DNA of 64,000 nt from Pirellulales bacterium. Its GTDB lineage: Bacteria; Planctomycetota; Planctomycetia; Pirellulales; JAICIG01. Where the stretch lies: NCBI GenBank assembly GCA_035550375.1, contig DASZPH010000085.1, forward strand, positions 271,769-335,768. Reading direction: 5' to 3'. Below, one piece after another: positions 20,269-30,018 of the stretch (position 1 is the first letter of the stretch; the number at the start of each line of letters is the position of its first letter). The position numbers and the translations under genes were made by a program. The notes beneath the pieces are model-generated. The model made no database searches and was not told the DNA's origin. It saw nothing but the letters and a program-made list of their open reading frames with translations.

Positions 20269-21132
20269 CTATCTGAGGTTCCCCGGTGCCGCGGCGCGCG
20301 TCCCCATGTCGAGGAATTTCAACAGGGCCACCATGTCGGCGTTGAACGCCATGCCGCGGGCGTTCGGCTTGAGCTCGAAGCCTTCGGCAACCGCCCGGTT
20401 GAAGATCGTTTCGGGCAGCACGCTCGACATGTCGAACAGGACGCGGGCCAGGTCGTCGGGCAGAATTTCGTTGCTCGCTGGGAACATGAAAGGATCGGCC
20501 GCGGTCATCGACAGGTGGCAGTTAAACAACAGCACGTTGCCGTCGTCGGTGGCCAGATCTTTCACGGCGTCGGCGTAGGGAATCGGGTCGCCGTCCTGCG
20601 ACTCGCCGTCGGTGATGTTGATCACGATCGGCGGAAAACTTGTGCCGTGATCCTTGATCCAGCCTTCGAGCACCTCGTACGCGTGGTGCAGGACGTTGCA
20701 CATCGGCGTTCCCCCCTGCGCCTTCGGGTCGACCCAGACCGGCATCTCGGCGGCGATGGAAATCATTTCGCCAGTGTCCTCGTCGGGGAGCTGCTGCTGC
20801 TTCTGGTCGATGCGTAGCGGGTTCTCGCCGACGTCCTTAATCGACACGAGTTCGCGGCCGGCGAGAACCCCCTGCAGGGCCGACTCCAGGATCGGGTTCC
20901 CCTGCTCGTCGGTGCGATACCCGATCACGCCGACGTCCATCCAGTCTTTGATGCCCGTATCGCCGCTCGCCCGGATGGTCATGTTCTGCAGCCAGGCGTT
21001 GAGGGCCGTCGCCAGCTCGTCCTTCTTGAGCTTGTCGGAATTGCCCAGCGGCTCTTCCATTGAGAACGACTGGTCGAGCAGAAAGAGGAAGCACGCCTTG
21101 CGGGCACGGCTGATTTCCTGAGTGTAGGGCAT
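20269..21132 (-). CDS. von Willebrand factor A (vWA) domain protein, TerY-like
   Basis: MIDAS 'LFLLDQSFSM' (DxSxS) near the N-terminus, 'VINITDGES' later. No signal peptide. Start is CAT at 21130-21132 inside track ORF 20269..21264. Confidence 0.8.
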   Translation of the reverse strand: MPYTQEISRARKACFLFLLDQSFSMEEPLGNSDKLKKDELATALNAWLQNMTIRASGDTGIKDWMDVGVIGYRTDEQGNPILESALQGVLAGRELVSIKDVGENPLRIDQKQQQLPDEDTGEMISIAAEMPVWVDPKAQGGTPMCNVLHHAYEVLEGWIKDHGTSFPPIVINITDGESQDGDPIPYADAVKDLATDDGNVLLFNCHLSMTAADPFMFPASNEILPDDLARVLFDMSSVLPETIFNRAVAEGFELKPNARGMAFNADMVALLKFLDMGTRAAAPGNLR

Positions 21133-21180
21133 GGAAGGGTCCTTGGTTGAATGGATTGGTAGTTCGTTGAGTCCGGCTTT

Positions 21181-21272
21181 AATGACGAAGCACGAATGAC
21201 GAAAGACGAAAGACGAACGGTCGATGCGCGTCCTGGCGCCGTTCGAACTTTGACATTCTGTCATTCGCCATT
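21181..21272. repeat. second copy of the GAATGACGAA-arm hairpin element
   Basis: 'AATGACGAAGCACGAATGACGAAAGACGAAAGACGAACGG-TCGATG...CCGTTCGAACTTTGACATTCTGTCATTCGCCATT'. Shares 'ACGAACGGnCGATG' with the 20108-20265 copy. Confidence 0.7.
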
Positions 21273-21296
21273 ACTTCCCGCTCATAGTGCTTCTGC

Positions 21297-22742
21297 TTAG
21301 CGAAGCGCCACAATCTCCTGGTATTTTTCCCAGCGATCCAACACCTTGTGGGCCGTGGCGGCCGCGTCGCGGAACGACCACTCGCGGCACGATCGGTCGG
21401 GCTCGTCGTCGACGCCCCACTGTTCGCGGTAGGCGGCGAGCTGTTGCTGCCAGGTCTCGCAATCGTCGGCGAATTGCTGCCAATCGGCGCGGCTGGCCGA
21501 TTCGCTCGCCAGGCCGGCTACGCGCTGATTGTAATCCTCGGCCCAGGCAACGTACTGCGGCTTGCCGGGTGGCTGTTCCAAGGCCCCGCGCGGAATCTGC
21601 TCGTCGCCGCGAGGGCGCTCGGTCTGATGCCGCCGGTCGGTCCAGAAGCGGAATTGCTCGGCCCCCGCCGGCAAGAAGAACGTACCGATCTTCCGCTGTC
21701 CGCTCTTGGTGACGGCCTCCTGCTTGCCCAGCAGCGACGAGGGCGGGTCGACCTTCGGCAAACGATTTGCAATCCATTGCGTCACCTGACGGCGTGCATG
21801 CTGCTTGATCGGTTCTTCGATCTGCTTGTTTGCCAGGATTTGCGACGCCTCCGCCAACAGCGTATCGAGGTCGCCGGCCTGGTCCAAGACGCGGACCGAG
21901 ATTTCGCTTTTCAAACGGTCGCGGCGGCGCTCGAGCTGGGCTTGCAGATCGCGCTCGGCCGGGCTGGGTGGGTCGGGGTATTTGCGCAGGAACGCTTGCA
22001 TCTCGTTGAAAAGACTCCCATCGGCGCCCGACGTCTCCGTGCGGTCTAGCGCCTCCCAGGCCCTCCGGTATTCGGCCCGCTTACGCACGAGTTGCAGCCG
22101 TTCGAGCTGATCGGCGTCGGTCACGTGGGCCAAGGGATCGGTGTCGAGGCGTTTGAGACAGGCGTCGTATCGGCCCTGATCAAGATCGCTTCGGGCGGCC
22201 GCCTCGGCGTCGGCCAGGCGGTCCTGCCGGCGATAATCGCCGATTTCGTCTTGGAGCTGGCGGACGCGGCGGTCGAGCAGGGCGAAGAACTCGTCGGCCC
22301 CCTGCACCTGCCCCACGTATTTTTGCCGGTGGTCGGTAACGAACGCCTTCAGCCGGGTCAGCGACGCCTCCGCCTGCTGTCGACGAACGTCCGGCGAACC
22401 ATCGGGCGACACGTGAACGGCACCCGCCTTGGCGTATTGGGACACAAGCCGGCGGGCTTCCTGGGAGCCGTTCCAGGCGGCCTTCAGCCCCTCGTCGGCC
22501 GAATCGGGCAACGGCTCGCCGCCGGCTTCGAGCAGATCGATTCGGGGAAGGGATTTCAGCAATTCGGCTCTTTCTTTTTCCCGATCGGCCACAGCGGCTG
22601 CCCGGTTTGCGATCGCCCCCGTATCAAGCTGATTGGCATCGGCGGCCGAAGAAGGTCTCGCGCCGGCGGCCTGCCACACGCTGGCGACGGTGAGCACGGC
22701 CAACGGCAGGCAGGCGGCGACAAGGATCAGGAGGTATCGCAT
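21297..22742 (-). CDS. secreted, largely helical/coiled-coil protein of unknown function
   Basis: Signal peptide 'MRYLLILVAACLPLAVLTVASVWQAAGA'. Charged helical sequence. Start overlaps the upstream stop (TGATG at 22740-22744). Confidence 0.6.
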   Translation of the reverse strand: MRYLLILVAACLPLAVLTVASVWQAAGARPSSAADANQLDTGAIANRAAAVADREKERAELLKSLPRIDLLEAGGEPLPDSADEGLKAAWNGSQEARRLVSQYAKAGAVHVSPDGSPDVRRQQAEASLTRLKAFVTDHRQKYVGQVQGADEFFALLDRRVRQLQDEIGDYRRQDRLADAEAAARSDLDQGRYDACLKRLDTDPLAHVTDADQLERLQLVRKRAEYRRAWEALDRTETSGADGSLFNEMQAFLRKYPDPPSPAERDLQAQLERRRDRLKSEISVRVLDQAGDLDTLLAEASQILANKQIEEPIKQHARRQVTQWIANRLPKVDPPSSLLGKQEAVTKSGQRKIGTFFLPAGAEQFRFWTDRRHQTERPRGDEQIPRGALEQPPGKPQYVAWAEDYNQRVAGLASESASRADWQQFADDCETWQQQLAAYREQWGVDDEPDRSCREWSFRDAAATAHKVLDRWEKYQEIVALR

Positions 22743-25700
22743 CAGTTGCTTTCTGCAGGCTGACCGTCGTCAGTCGCCTCTTTTTCCGTAGCCGGCGGTT
22801 CCGGGTGGCCCATCACCAAATAACGGGCATACATCGTGGGGGTCACCCGGCGATAAACTACGGCCGAGAACTTGAACGCGCGTTTCCGAAGGGAGTCGAG
22901 CTGAGTCAACTGAACGTCCCGTTCCTTGGCAGCCCTCAAAACTTTATCGACGGCCATCTTGTATGCCCCTTTTGCCTCTTTGGTCCGGCGGTCCGGCGGC
23001 GGCAAGGCTGGAGCGTCCATGCCCAGTTCCGTGGCCAACGCCTTGGCAGCGGTATCCACGACGTCGAAGTCCTTGCTGAGGTCGAGAATGCGAATCTTGT
23101 CTTTCAGCGAGTTGGGCGATAAACGAGCCGGACGATTCTCGACCTTCCTGTCCGGATCGTTGTCGGACGTGATACGAATCAGCCACCTTGGCTCATGATC
23201 AACCGCAGCCCGCGCTAATTCGACGTGTGCTCCCGACTTTCTATACTGATCGGGCAAATCGCGGATGTCAGCCAGGCGCTTCGGCGAGGCGGCGTCGCCA
23301 AACGGAAACCGCCGTTCGTTTTCCACTTCGACCGACCCGTAGCCGAGAAGGAGCTCATCGTCCGCCGACGGCTCCAGGTCGCTGCCGCCAAGCTGGCGCA
23401 AGTCGAGTGTTAGTGTCCCAGCCTTGAACGCAAGCTCGTCAATCGTGATCGGCTTCGACAGACTGACGAAGGCCGAGTTGACGCTTCCCGCCGCTTCCAG
23501 CACGCATCGCCTTAGAGCCGTGTAACAGGCCGAGGAGGGCGGCCGGCCGTCTGAAGAATCGAACCACTGAAAGCTCACGCTCTCTCCCCCCGCGGTGAAT
23601 TGAGCCAGCGCGCTGTCCGTCCCACCTGCTTGGGCCGCGACTTGCAACGCTTCACCCTGCTGCACGACAGCGAGCTGCCCGTCGACGTGTTTCTTCAACC
23701 ACTCGTTGGCCGATGGCAAGCCGTGTAATTTTAGCTTAATTCGGCCCGGCTCGGCCGGCGACGTGTCGGCCGAAAGGTGAAGCTCTTTTAACAGGGCGCC
23801 ATTCGACTTTTCGTTGGACCGGGGGAGGGTGTGGTACTCATCGACAATCTGGGTGCTGTCATCCGGCGTCGGCTCCTTGGCGGCACCTTCAAGGGGCGTC
23901 GAGGGGCTGTCTTCCTTGTCCGTGGTCGCCGAAGGGGGCGTGGTTGGCACCGTCGTCTCGGGCGCGGGGCCATCGTCGGCTTTCTCGGGCACGGGCATGT
24001 CGTTCGGGCCATCCGGTTGGCCGTTCTTGCCAGTGACCGGCGCCTGGTCGCTCTTATCCGCTACCGAGGAAACTTTTGCCGCTTCTTCCTCCGGCTTGCG
24101 CTCGGCCGTTGAGCTCGATTCGTCGACCATTTCGCTATCGGCCGCCTCCGACGTCGACGATTCGACGGGCTCCGGCTGCTTCTTCTGGGCATTTCCTGTT
24201 GCCGGCGAACGACGCGTCGTTTGATTCGTCGCTACCCGCGAGGTTCGCCCGCCAAAAACGAAGTAGCCGATCAGGGGCACAAGCAAGGCGATAAGCAGGC
24301 CCGCGCCCGCGATGCTCGTCCAACTCGGCTGTTTGGCGCGGCGCTTGAGCTTAAACCGACGCTTGCCTTTGGTGAACGCGTTGGGGGTCGACCAGATGCC
24401 GTTCGTAAAATAAAGCTCGATGTCCTGCTTACCCGTCACGGTCAGCGGCGACCGGCCGAGCAGGCCCTGAGCGATCCTTTGCAGCGCTTGCAGCTTCCGC
24501 TTGCCCGAAGCGTCGTCGCCGTAGATCCAGAGTCGCTCCTCGAGCTCGCGCAGCAACTGCAACATCCTCGCCTGCTGCTGGCGGCGGCGCTGCAATTGCT
24601 CGAGCTCGGCCTGGGGGCCGCTGGCCGGAGCGCTTTTGATGGTCCTACTATCAACGGCCGCCTCCGCATCAAAGGTCATCGGGCAACCTAGATGCTGCGA
24701 GGCCAGTTCCAGGCGGGCCTTGAACTGGGGGACCTCCAGGCGGCAGTGTTCCGCCACCTCGGCCAGTTCGTCCAGTTCGCTCGTTCGTTTCGGCATCGCA
24801 TGGGCCAAGGCCTCACCCAGCGGCTTGAAGTCGGGAGGACGCGGCGGACGTAAGCGGTGCTTAAGGCGATCCAGGCGTCCCGCGGTCGACTTTTGCTCGC
24901 GTTCGCCCAGTTCCACCAGGCAGGAGCGGACCTTCTTCCATTCGCCCAGACGCCGCTCCGCCAGGTTCGGATAGAAGAAGTAAGCCTTCCACTGGTCGAG
25001 TACCGTGAGCCGCGTTTCAAAATCCTTGGCCCTGTCGGGCAACTCATAAAGCGCCTGTCCGAGCCGTCTGGCAAGCGTCGGCTGCGGCGGAGGATACGCT
25101 TCGGTCAGCTCGCTGCGATATCCGACCAGGGCGTCAAAAAGCGCCTCGTCCTCGAGCTGCAAGAGAACGTCGAGCAGCAGCCGTTTGAGAGCGGCGGGGG
25201 GCGACGCCGGCGGTTTGCAAGCGGCAATCAAAGCCGGCAGCAAGGCGGTCCGCCGACCTTCGTCGAGGCCCTCATAGACGCGGCGGAGTACGCCTTCGGG
25301 GAGCCGAGCCAGCAGGTCGGGCAACAGCCAGCCGCTGCTGGACGAGCGGGTTTTCGGCCGTTTGCCCTGCTCTTCGAGAAGCTGGCAGCCGTCGGGTAAC
25401 CGCCCTTGGGTACCCGCATAGGAAGCAAGTGCCTCCAGCTTGGCGCTGCGAAGCAAGAGGGGCGAGGCGACCAGTTCGGCGATCCGGTCGGGCGGAAACT
25501 CCTTCAAGAGCAGTTGCGCCGGCCGTTGCAGACCCGCCACCGGCGGCTCGCACGTGATCAACTCCAGCACGGTGAGATGGTTGGAGGTGCCGACGACTCG
25601 ATTCAGGCGGAAGCCGTTCCCCGGCGGCGTGGCGAGTTGGTATTGCACTTCGCGCGCCAGGTATCTTGCCGCCAGGTCGGACTTGCGCCAGGAGTCGTCC

Positions 25701-26788
25701 CCCGGCGGCGATGCCGAAAGAACCTGCGACGCGACGCGGTGCGTGGGGACGAGCACCTCGAGATCCTCCGGCCGTTTCGCTCCGGCCGCCTCAAACGCCT
25801 CGCGCAGACGGTCGACGGCTGCCCAGCCCTCTTCCAGCAGTTGCTCGATGATGAAGCGGGCGTAGTTGCCCTCCGGCACTCCCCCCTCCGAGACGCGGTC
25901 TAGATAGGTGTTGATCACCAGACCGCGACGCCGGTAGAGGTCGGTGCGGACATCGGCCGTTTGCGGATCGAAAAAAGTGGTGGCCGCCAGGGTCACGGGC
26001 AGCCGTTCAGCGTTGGGCTCGTAGGTCGAAAAACTCAGGCCCTCGGCGAGCGACTTGGGGAGCAAGCGGGCCACGCCGTAGAAGACGAGTGCGGCAATGT
26101 CCGGCTCGACCACGAGCAAGATGCTCTCTCGGCGCTGCGTCCCCAGCGCGAGCAGACCCTGCAGGGTGTTGGCGACCAGGTCGATTCGCTGCTGGGCCGC
26201 CATGTTTTGCCAGCGCGAGCCGACGAACGTTCCCCCGTTGTCTTCCGCAGGGGGAGTTGAGGGCTGCAAAAAATGTAACAAGGCGTCGTCGCCGACGGCC
26301 GGCTCGGTGCCGGCCCAGACTTCGTCAAGTCGTTCCAGCGGTGACAGTTTGAAGGGATGCTCGGGCGAATCCTCCGCCGTCCAGGGCGCGCTCCAGAGCC
26401 GCAGGCAGTCTGCGGTCGACCAGCCGCCGGCGGCACGGTCTGCGAACAGGACGTGCGCGAAATAGGAGCCCAGGCGGCCTGCCGTGTCGTACTGCCGGTA
26501 GGCCACCTGGCCGACCATCTGCAAGCGGCCCATCGACGGACAGAAGAAGAGCCGCCGCGGGGCGCCGGCCGCGTCGAGCCGCTGCTTTTCTTCGGGCGGC
26601 GTGTCGGAGGGAAGGTAGTAGTAGAGAAACCGCTCGATGGCACGGTAGTCGTTGCGCAGATCGTTGCGCTCCGCCGAGCCGGCCCGGGCGCTGTAGCCCA
26701 GCACGCGATCGGCCAGCTCGCCTTCGCGCTGCTCGAGCGCCGACGTGCCGTAGGTGCAGTGCGTGCAATAGACCTGCTCGATAGGCAT
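22742..26788 (-). CDS. 1348-aa single-pass membrane protein: N-terminal cytoplasmic domain, helical middle region, TM, PT/E-rich linker, C-terminal extracytoplasmic domain
   Basis: Long uninterrupted ORF. N-terminus 'IEQVYCTHCTYGTSALEQ...LGYSARAGS'. TM 'SWTSIAGAGLLIALLVPLIGYFVFG' (24251-24325). Low-complexity 'PVTGKNGQPDGPNDMPVPEKADDGPAPETTVPTTPPSATTDKED'. Confidence 0.7.
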   Translation of the reverse strand: MPIEQVYCTHCTYGTSALEQREGELADRVLGYSARAGSAERNDLRNDYRAIERFLYYYLPSDTPPEEKQRLDAAGAPRRLFFCPSMGRLQMVGQVAYRQYDTAGRLGSYFAHVLFADRAAGGWSTADCLRLWSAPWTAEDSPEHPFKLSPLERLDEVWAGTEPAVGDDALLHFLQPSTPPAEDNGGTFVGSRWQNMAAQQRIDLVANTLQGLLALGTQRRESILLVVEPDIAALVFYGVARLLPKSLAEGLSFSTYEPNAERLPVTLAATTFFDPQTADVRTDLYRRRGLVINTYLDRVSEGGVPEGNYARFIIEQLLEEGWAAVDRLREAFEAAGAKRPEDLEVLVPTHRVASQVLSASPPGDDSWRKSDLAARYLAREVQYQLATPPGNGFRLNRVVGTSNHLTVLELITCEPPVAGLQRPAQLLLKEFPPDRIAELVASPLLLRSAKLEALASYAGTQGRLPDGCQLLEEQGKRPKTRSSSSGWLLPDLLARLPEGVLRRVYEGLDEGRRTALLPALIAACKPPASPPAALKRLLLDVLLQLEDEALFDALVGYRSELTEAYPPPQPTLARRLGQALYELPDRAKDFETRLTVLDQWKAYFFYPNLAERRLGEWKKVRSCLVELGEREQKSTAGRLDRLKHRLRPPRPPDFKPLGEALAHAMPKRTSELDELAEVAEHCRLEVPQFKARLELASQHLGCPMTFDAEAAVDSRTIKSAPASGPQAELEQLQRRRQQQARMLQLLRELEERLWIYGDDASGKRKLQALQRIAQGLLGRSPLTVTGKQDIELYFTNGIWSTPNAFTKGKRRFKLKRRAKQPSWTSIAGAGLLIALLVPLIGYFVFGGRTSRVATNQTTRRSPATGNAQKKQPEPVESSTSEAADSEMVDESSSTAERKPEEEAAKVSSVADKSDQAPVTGKNGQPDGPNDMPVPEKADDGPAPETTVPTTPPSATTDKEDSPSTPLEGAAKEPTPDDSTQIVDEYHTLPRSNEKSNGALLKELHLSADTSPAEPGRIKLKLHGLPSANEWLKKHVDGQLAVVQQGEALQVAAQAGGTDSALAQFTAGGESVSFQWFDSSDGRPPSSACYTALRRCVLEAAGSVNSAFVSLSKPITIDELAFKAGTLTLDLRQLGGSDLEPSADDELLLGYGSVEVENERRFPFGDAASPKRLADIRDLPDQYRKSGAHVELARAAVDHEPRWLIRITSDNDPDRKVENRPARLSPNSLKDKIRILDLSKDFDVVDTAAKALATELGMDAPALPPPDRRTKEAKGAYKMAVDKVLRAAKERDVQLTQLDSLRKRAFKFSAVVYRRVTPTMYARYLVMGHPEPPATEKEATDDGQPAESN

Positions 26789-26827
26789 CTTGCTAACCAG
26801 GCAACAGCCAGCTCTCGCGGCTTCTTT

Positions 26828-29632
26828 TCACAAAACCCAGGCCCCAAAAAATCCCGAACCGCGTCGAGGCGCACTTGCAGGCACAACGTCCAGCCGGCCG
26901 AGCACAAGCGGCTCGCTGGCGAAAACATGAAAGCCCGCGTCGATCATCGCCCACACGACCACGTACGAGCCGAACCAGTCGGCTTCGACGTGCAGGATGC
27001 GGCTCCCTCCCCCTTCTTCAAAGCTTCTGCGGTCGACCGGCAGGCGAATCAGGGCGGCGAGCTGCCGGGGATCTTCGCCTCGTGCCGGCAGGCTGCGGCA
27101 CAAGGTGACGATGCACTGCTCGCTGTAACGGGGCTCGGGCCATTGCCAAGAGAGCCGGAACGTGCCGTTGTTGCCCGGCTCCCGAGCGAGCGCCTTGCGG
27201 GCCACCGGCGGCGCGAGCCCGATCTCGCGCGAAGCGAGCATCTCGGCCGCGATCCATTCTTCGATCCGGCCTCGGTAGTGGGCGAACTCGTTGGGGTGCC
27301 GTCGCAGCACGCGGGCGTCGAACGCCTTATGAAAACCAGCCCGGTCGTTTTTCTTGAGCGTCCCCATCAGATGCCGCAACGTGCGTAGCTCAGCGACCGC
27401 CCCCTTGGCGATTCGCGCCCAGTCGCTCGGCAGGGGATAACCGTCGAGGCAGTCTTCGCTTGCCAGCTCCGCGACACGCATCTTGTCGCCGGCCGCGATG
27501 GCCGCTTTCATTTGTTCCAGCGCCCCCTGCCTCCGCAGGGCAGCCTGATAGCTGGCCCTCCAGGCGTCGGCATCGTGGCACTCGGCCAGCAGGGCGTCGT
27601 TCCAGGTGCTCAAAAGCCGGCGGTCGAGTTGCGAGGCCTGGTCGATCGGATAATTGGGCGGGATCTGCTTGAGGATGCACAGCAGATTGGCCCGCTGGCT
27701 GGCGAGCGTAGCGCGGGCGCGCGTCGGTGCGGAAACGAGCGGCTGCGCGTCGATTTGCTCCAGGCGTTCCCAGGCGCCGGCGACGGCCAGATCGGAGATC
27801 GGCTCGTGGAGGGTCCGTTTCAAATGGGCCACGGCGTGGAGTCGGTCGTGCGCCAGCTTGAGTCGCGGTTGAAGGCGAAGTCCATATCCGCTGGGCAAGT
27901 CCGCCGCCGTCCGGTAGATGTCGTCTTCATTCGATATGCTCGTCGGCAGTGCCGCCAGCCGCTCCAACTCGGCGACGAGCTGCAATCGCCTTGTTGCGGC
28001 GGCCACGCGCGGTCGCTGGGCCTCAGCCTTCTTCCAGCCGAAAAAAAGCACCTCGTTCCAGGCCTCGACGAGCGCGGTGTCGGTCGTCTCGTTCAGGGCG
28101 GCCGGAACGGACGTGAACGAGCTCCAGGCGAATTCTCGCTGCAGGATGCGCTCGATCTGCGCACGATGGGAGTTCGTGTCAGGGTGCCCTCCCAAGGCCA
28201 CGAGCTGCTTCCAGCTTGCGTCGAGGGCGGCGGCGTCGCAGTCGGGTTGCGCCAGCAAGGCGAGCACCGCATCGCAGACCTGGTTTCGTTGGCGCCACGA
28301 CTTGACCTCGGCCTCGAAGCGTTCGGCGCTTTTTCGCCCGTGTAGGAGCTTTTCGTGGGCGTCCCATTGTCGGACGAATTGCCGCCAGTCGCCGGCGCGG
28401 CGGCAGCCCGCGAGCTGGTCGATCGCGGCCGCAACCCTCGGCGCCGTCTTCGCCAGAGCGACGGCTGCCTGGGCGTGAGGAAAGTCGTCGAGCAGTTTTG
28501 GCTCGTAAAGGCGCGAGATGGCCCGTTCGTCTCCGGCCGCGATCGCCCGTTCCAGCTCGGCCAGTCGCTCGACCCGCTCGTGGGCGTTGCGGATGCGCGG
28601 CTGCAGGGCGGTCGGCGCCGCGGAGGCCGGCTTGCGGCTGCGGTTAACCATCGCGATGGCGGCCTCGAAGTCGCGCGCGTTAAGCAGCGACTCGACCTTG
28701 GCATAGGAGAAGAGGACCGAATCGAGCTGCGGCACCTGGTCGAGGCGCACGCCACGCAGCGCGACGAGTTCTTCGCAAAGCCGCGGCACCTCGGGGTCCC
28801 CCGACCGCTTCAGGACCTTCATCAGCTCCGAGCGGGCCGGGTCGTCGAGATCTTCGCGGCGAAAGAGCAGCTTGTCGTACTGCGTGGGCTCGATGAATCG
28901 CTGCCACAGATCGGGCGCGGCGGCGAGTGCCCGCAGGGCCGCCAGGATGAAGAGGGCCGAGTAATTGTCGAGGTGCAAGGAGAGAGGCGTATCGTGGTTC
29001 CGCTCCGGGTGCTGATACGGTTCCACGCCGATTTCCAGGTTCTTGCGGCCGACCAGCGCCGGCACGCACATGCAGTCGTAATCGACGAGCTTGAGTTGTC
29101 CGGAGGTCGTCACCATTACATTGGCGTGCTGCAAATCACCGTGAGACACCTTGGCGGCCACGAGTTGCTCGACGGTCTGGACCCACTGTTCGCCCGCGCG
29201 CTGCAAAGCCGCCTGGTTTTTTTCGCGACACTGACGGCCCGTCCACTTCAGGAGCGTTTCGCCCGGCACCCACTCCATCGTCACCAGCGGGTAGTACTTT
29301 CCGTCGCTGGCGGAGCGAATGCCGTCGTCGGCGTAGGTAAAACCGACCAGCGGCTCAATGCGCCGGCCCTGCAAGTAGGCAGCGATGGCGTTGTAGCGTT
29401 CGCGCCGTTCGGATGCCGCACTGGTGAAGACACGGATAGCCAGCGACCCCCGGCCGTTAGCGTAGTTCCCCTTGTAGACCGTGGCGAAGGCGCCAGACCA
29501 GGCCCGAGGCTGCCGCCGGTCGTCCTTTTCGATCGCCACCCGCTTCAGCTCGGCATCGCGAAACGCATGCTGCGGGTTTTGCAGCATGGTGCTGAAGTGC
29601 GAGGCCAGCGGCCAGGACAGTGCAGACGGCAT
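26828..29632 (-). CDS. atypical Ser/Thr protein kinase-fold protein (YegI-like) with long helical-repeat C-terminal region
   Basis: 'GAFATVYKG' Gly-loop, 'LAIRVF' beta3, 'HGDLQHANVMV' catalytic loop, 'KLVDYD' in place of DFG, 'EPYQHPER'. Repeated 'AIAAGD...' helical modules downstream. Confidence 0.8.
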   Translation of the reverse strand: MPSALSWPLASHFSTMLQNPQHAFRDAELKRVAIEKDDRRQPRAWSGAFATVYKGNYANGRGSLAIRVFTSAASERRERYNAIAAYLQGRRIEPLVGFTYADDGIRSASDGKYYPLVTMEWVPGETLLKWTGRQCREKNQAALQRAGEQWVQTVEQLVAAKVSHGDLQHANVMVTTSGQLKLVDYDCMCVPALVGRKNLEIGVEPYQHPERNHDTPLSLHLDNYSALFILAALRALAAAPDLWQRFIEPTQYDKLLFRREDLDDPARSELMKVLKRSGDPEVPRLCEELVALRGVRLDQVPQLDSVLFSYAKVESLLNARDFEAAIAMVNRSRKPASAAPTALQPRIRNAHERVERLAELERAIAAGDERAISRLYEPKLLDDFPHAQAAVALAKTAPRVAAAIDQLAGCRRAGDWRQFVRQWDAHEKLLHGRKSAERFEAEVKSWRQRNQVCDAVLALLAQPDCDAAALDASWKQLVALGGHPDTNSHRAQIERILQREFAWSSFTSVPAALNETTDTALVEAWNEVLFFGWKKAEAQRPRVAAATRRLQLVAELERLAALPTSISNEDDIYRTAADLPSGYGLRLQPRLKLAHDRLHAVAHLKRTLHEPISDLAVAGAWERLEQIDAQPLVSAPTRARATLASQRANLLCILKQIPPNYPIDQASQLDRRLLSTWNDALLAECHDADAWRASYQAALRRQGALEQMKAAIAAGDKMRVAELASEDCLDGYPLPSDWARIAKGAVAELRTLRHLMGTLKKNDRAGFHKAFDARVLRRHPNEFAHYRGRIEEWIAAEMLASREIGLAPPVARKALAREPGNNGTFRLSWQWPEPRYSEQCIVTLCRSLPARGEDPRQLAALIRLPVDRRSFEEGGGSRILHVEADWFGSYVVVWAMIDAGFHVFASEPLVLGRLDVVPASAPRRGSGFFGAWVL

Positions 29633-30018
29633 TCAGGCGGACGGGATGAAGTACGGTAGACGCCGGGTGCGGCCGAGGGACACCCAAAGGTAGCCCCGGC
29701 ACTCCGTGACGGGGAGGCGGTCTCGTGGCGGCCACCTTCTGGCTCCCGTTCATTCTATGCTGGTTGTGGCGGGTTTCCCAGGATGGTGCCATCCAAGGGA
29801 AGTGGGGCCGACTTGGCGACCCAGAGTTGCACGTATCGGCACCTTTCCTCGTCTGCCACCAGCTTTAACGCTTTAGTCAGTGGCAAAGGCCACGCATTCG
29901 TCATTAGTTCTTATCCGACAGCAGTTCAAACCATCGCGGATAGAATTGCTCATTCCCATCGACTCGATGCGGCTACCGCACCCAGGGCGAAACGAAGGGC
30001 GGCATTTTTCGGACTCGC

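Noticed and set aside
20100-20270. Possible CRISPR-like or tandem array because of repeated 'gacgaa'/'tcgtcatt' units.
   Set aside because: The units are only ~8-10 nt, degenerate, have no spacers and are arranged as inverted arms. This is not CRISPR architecture.
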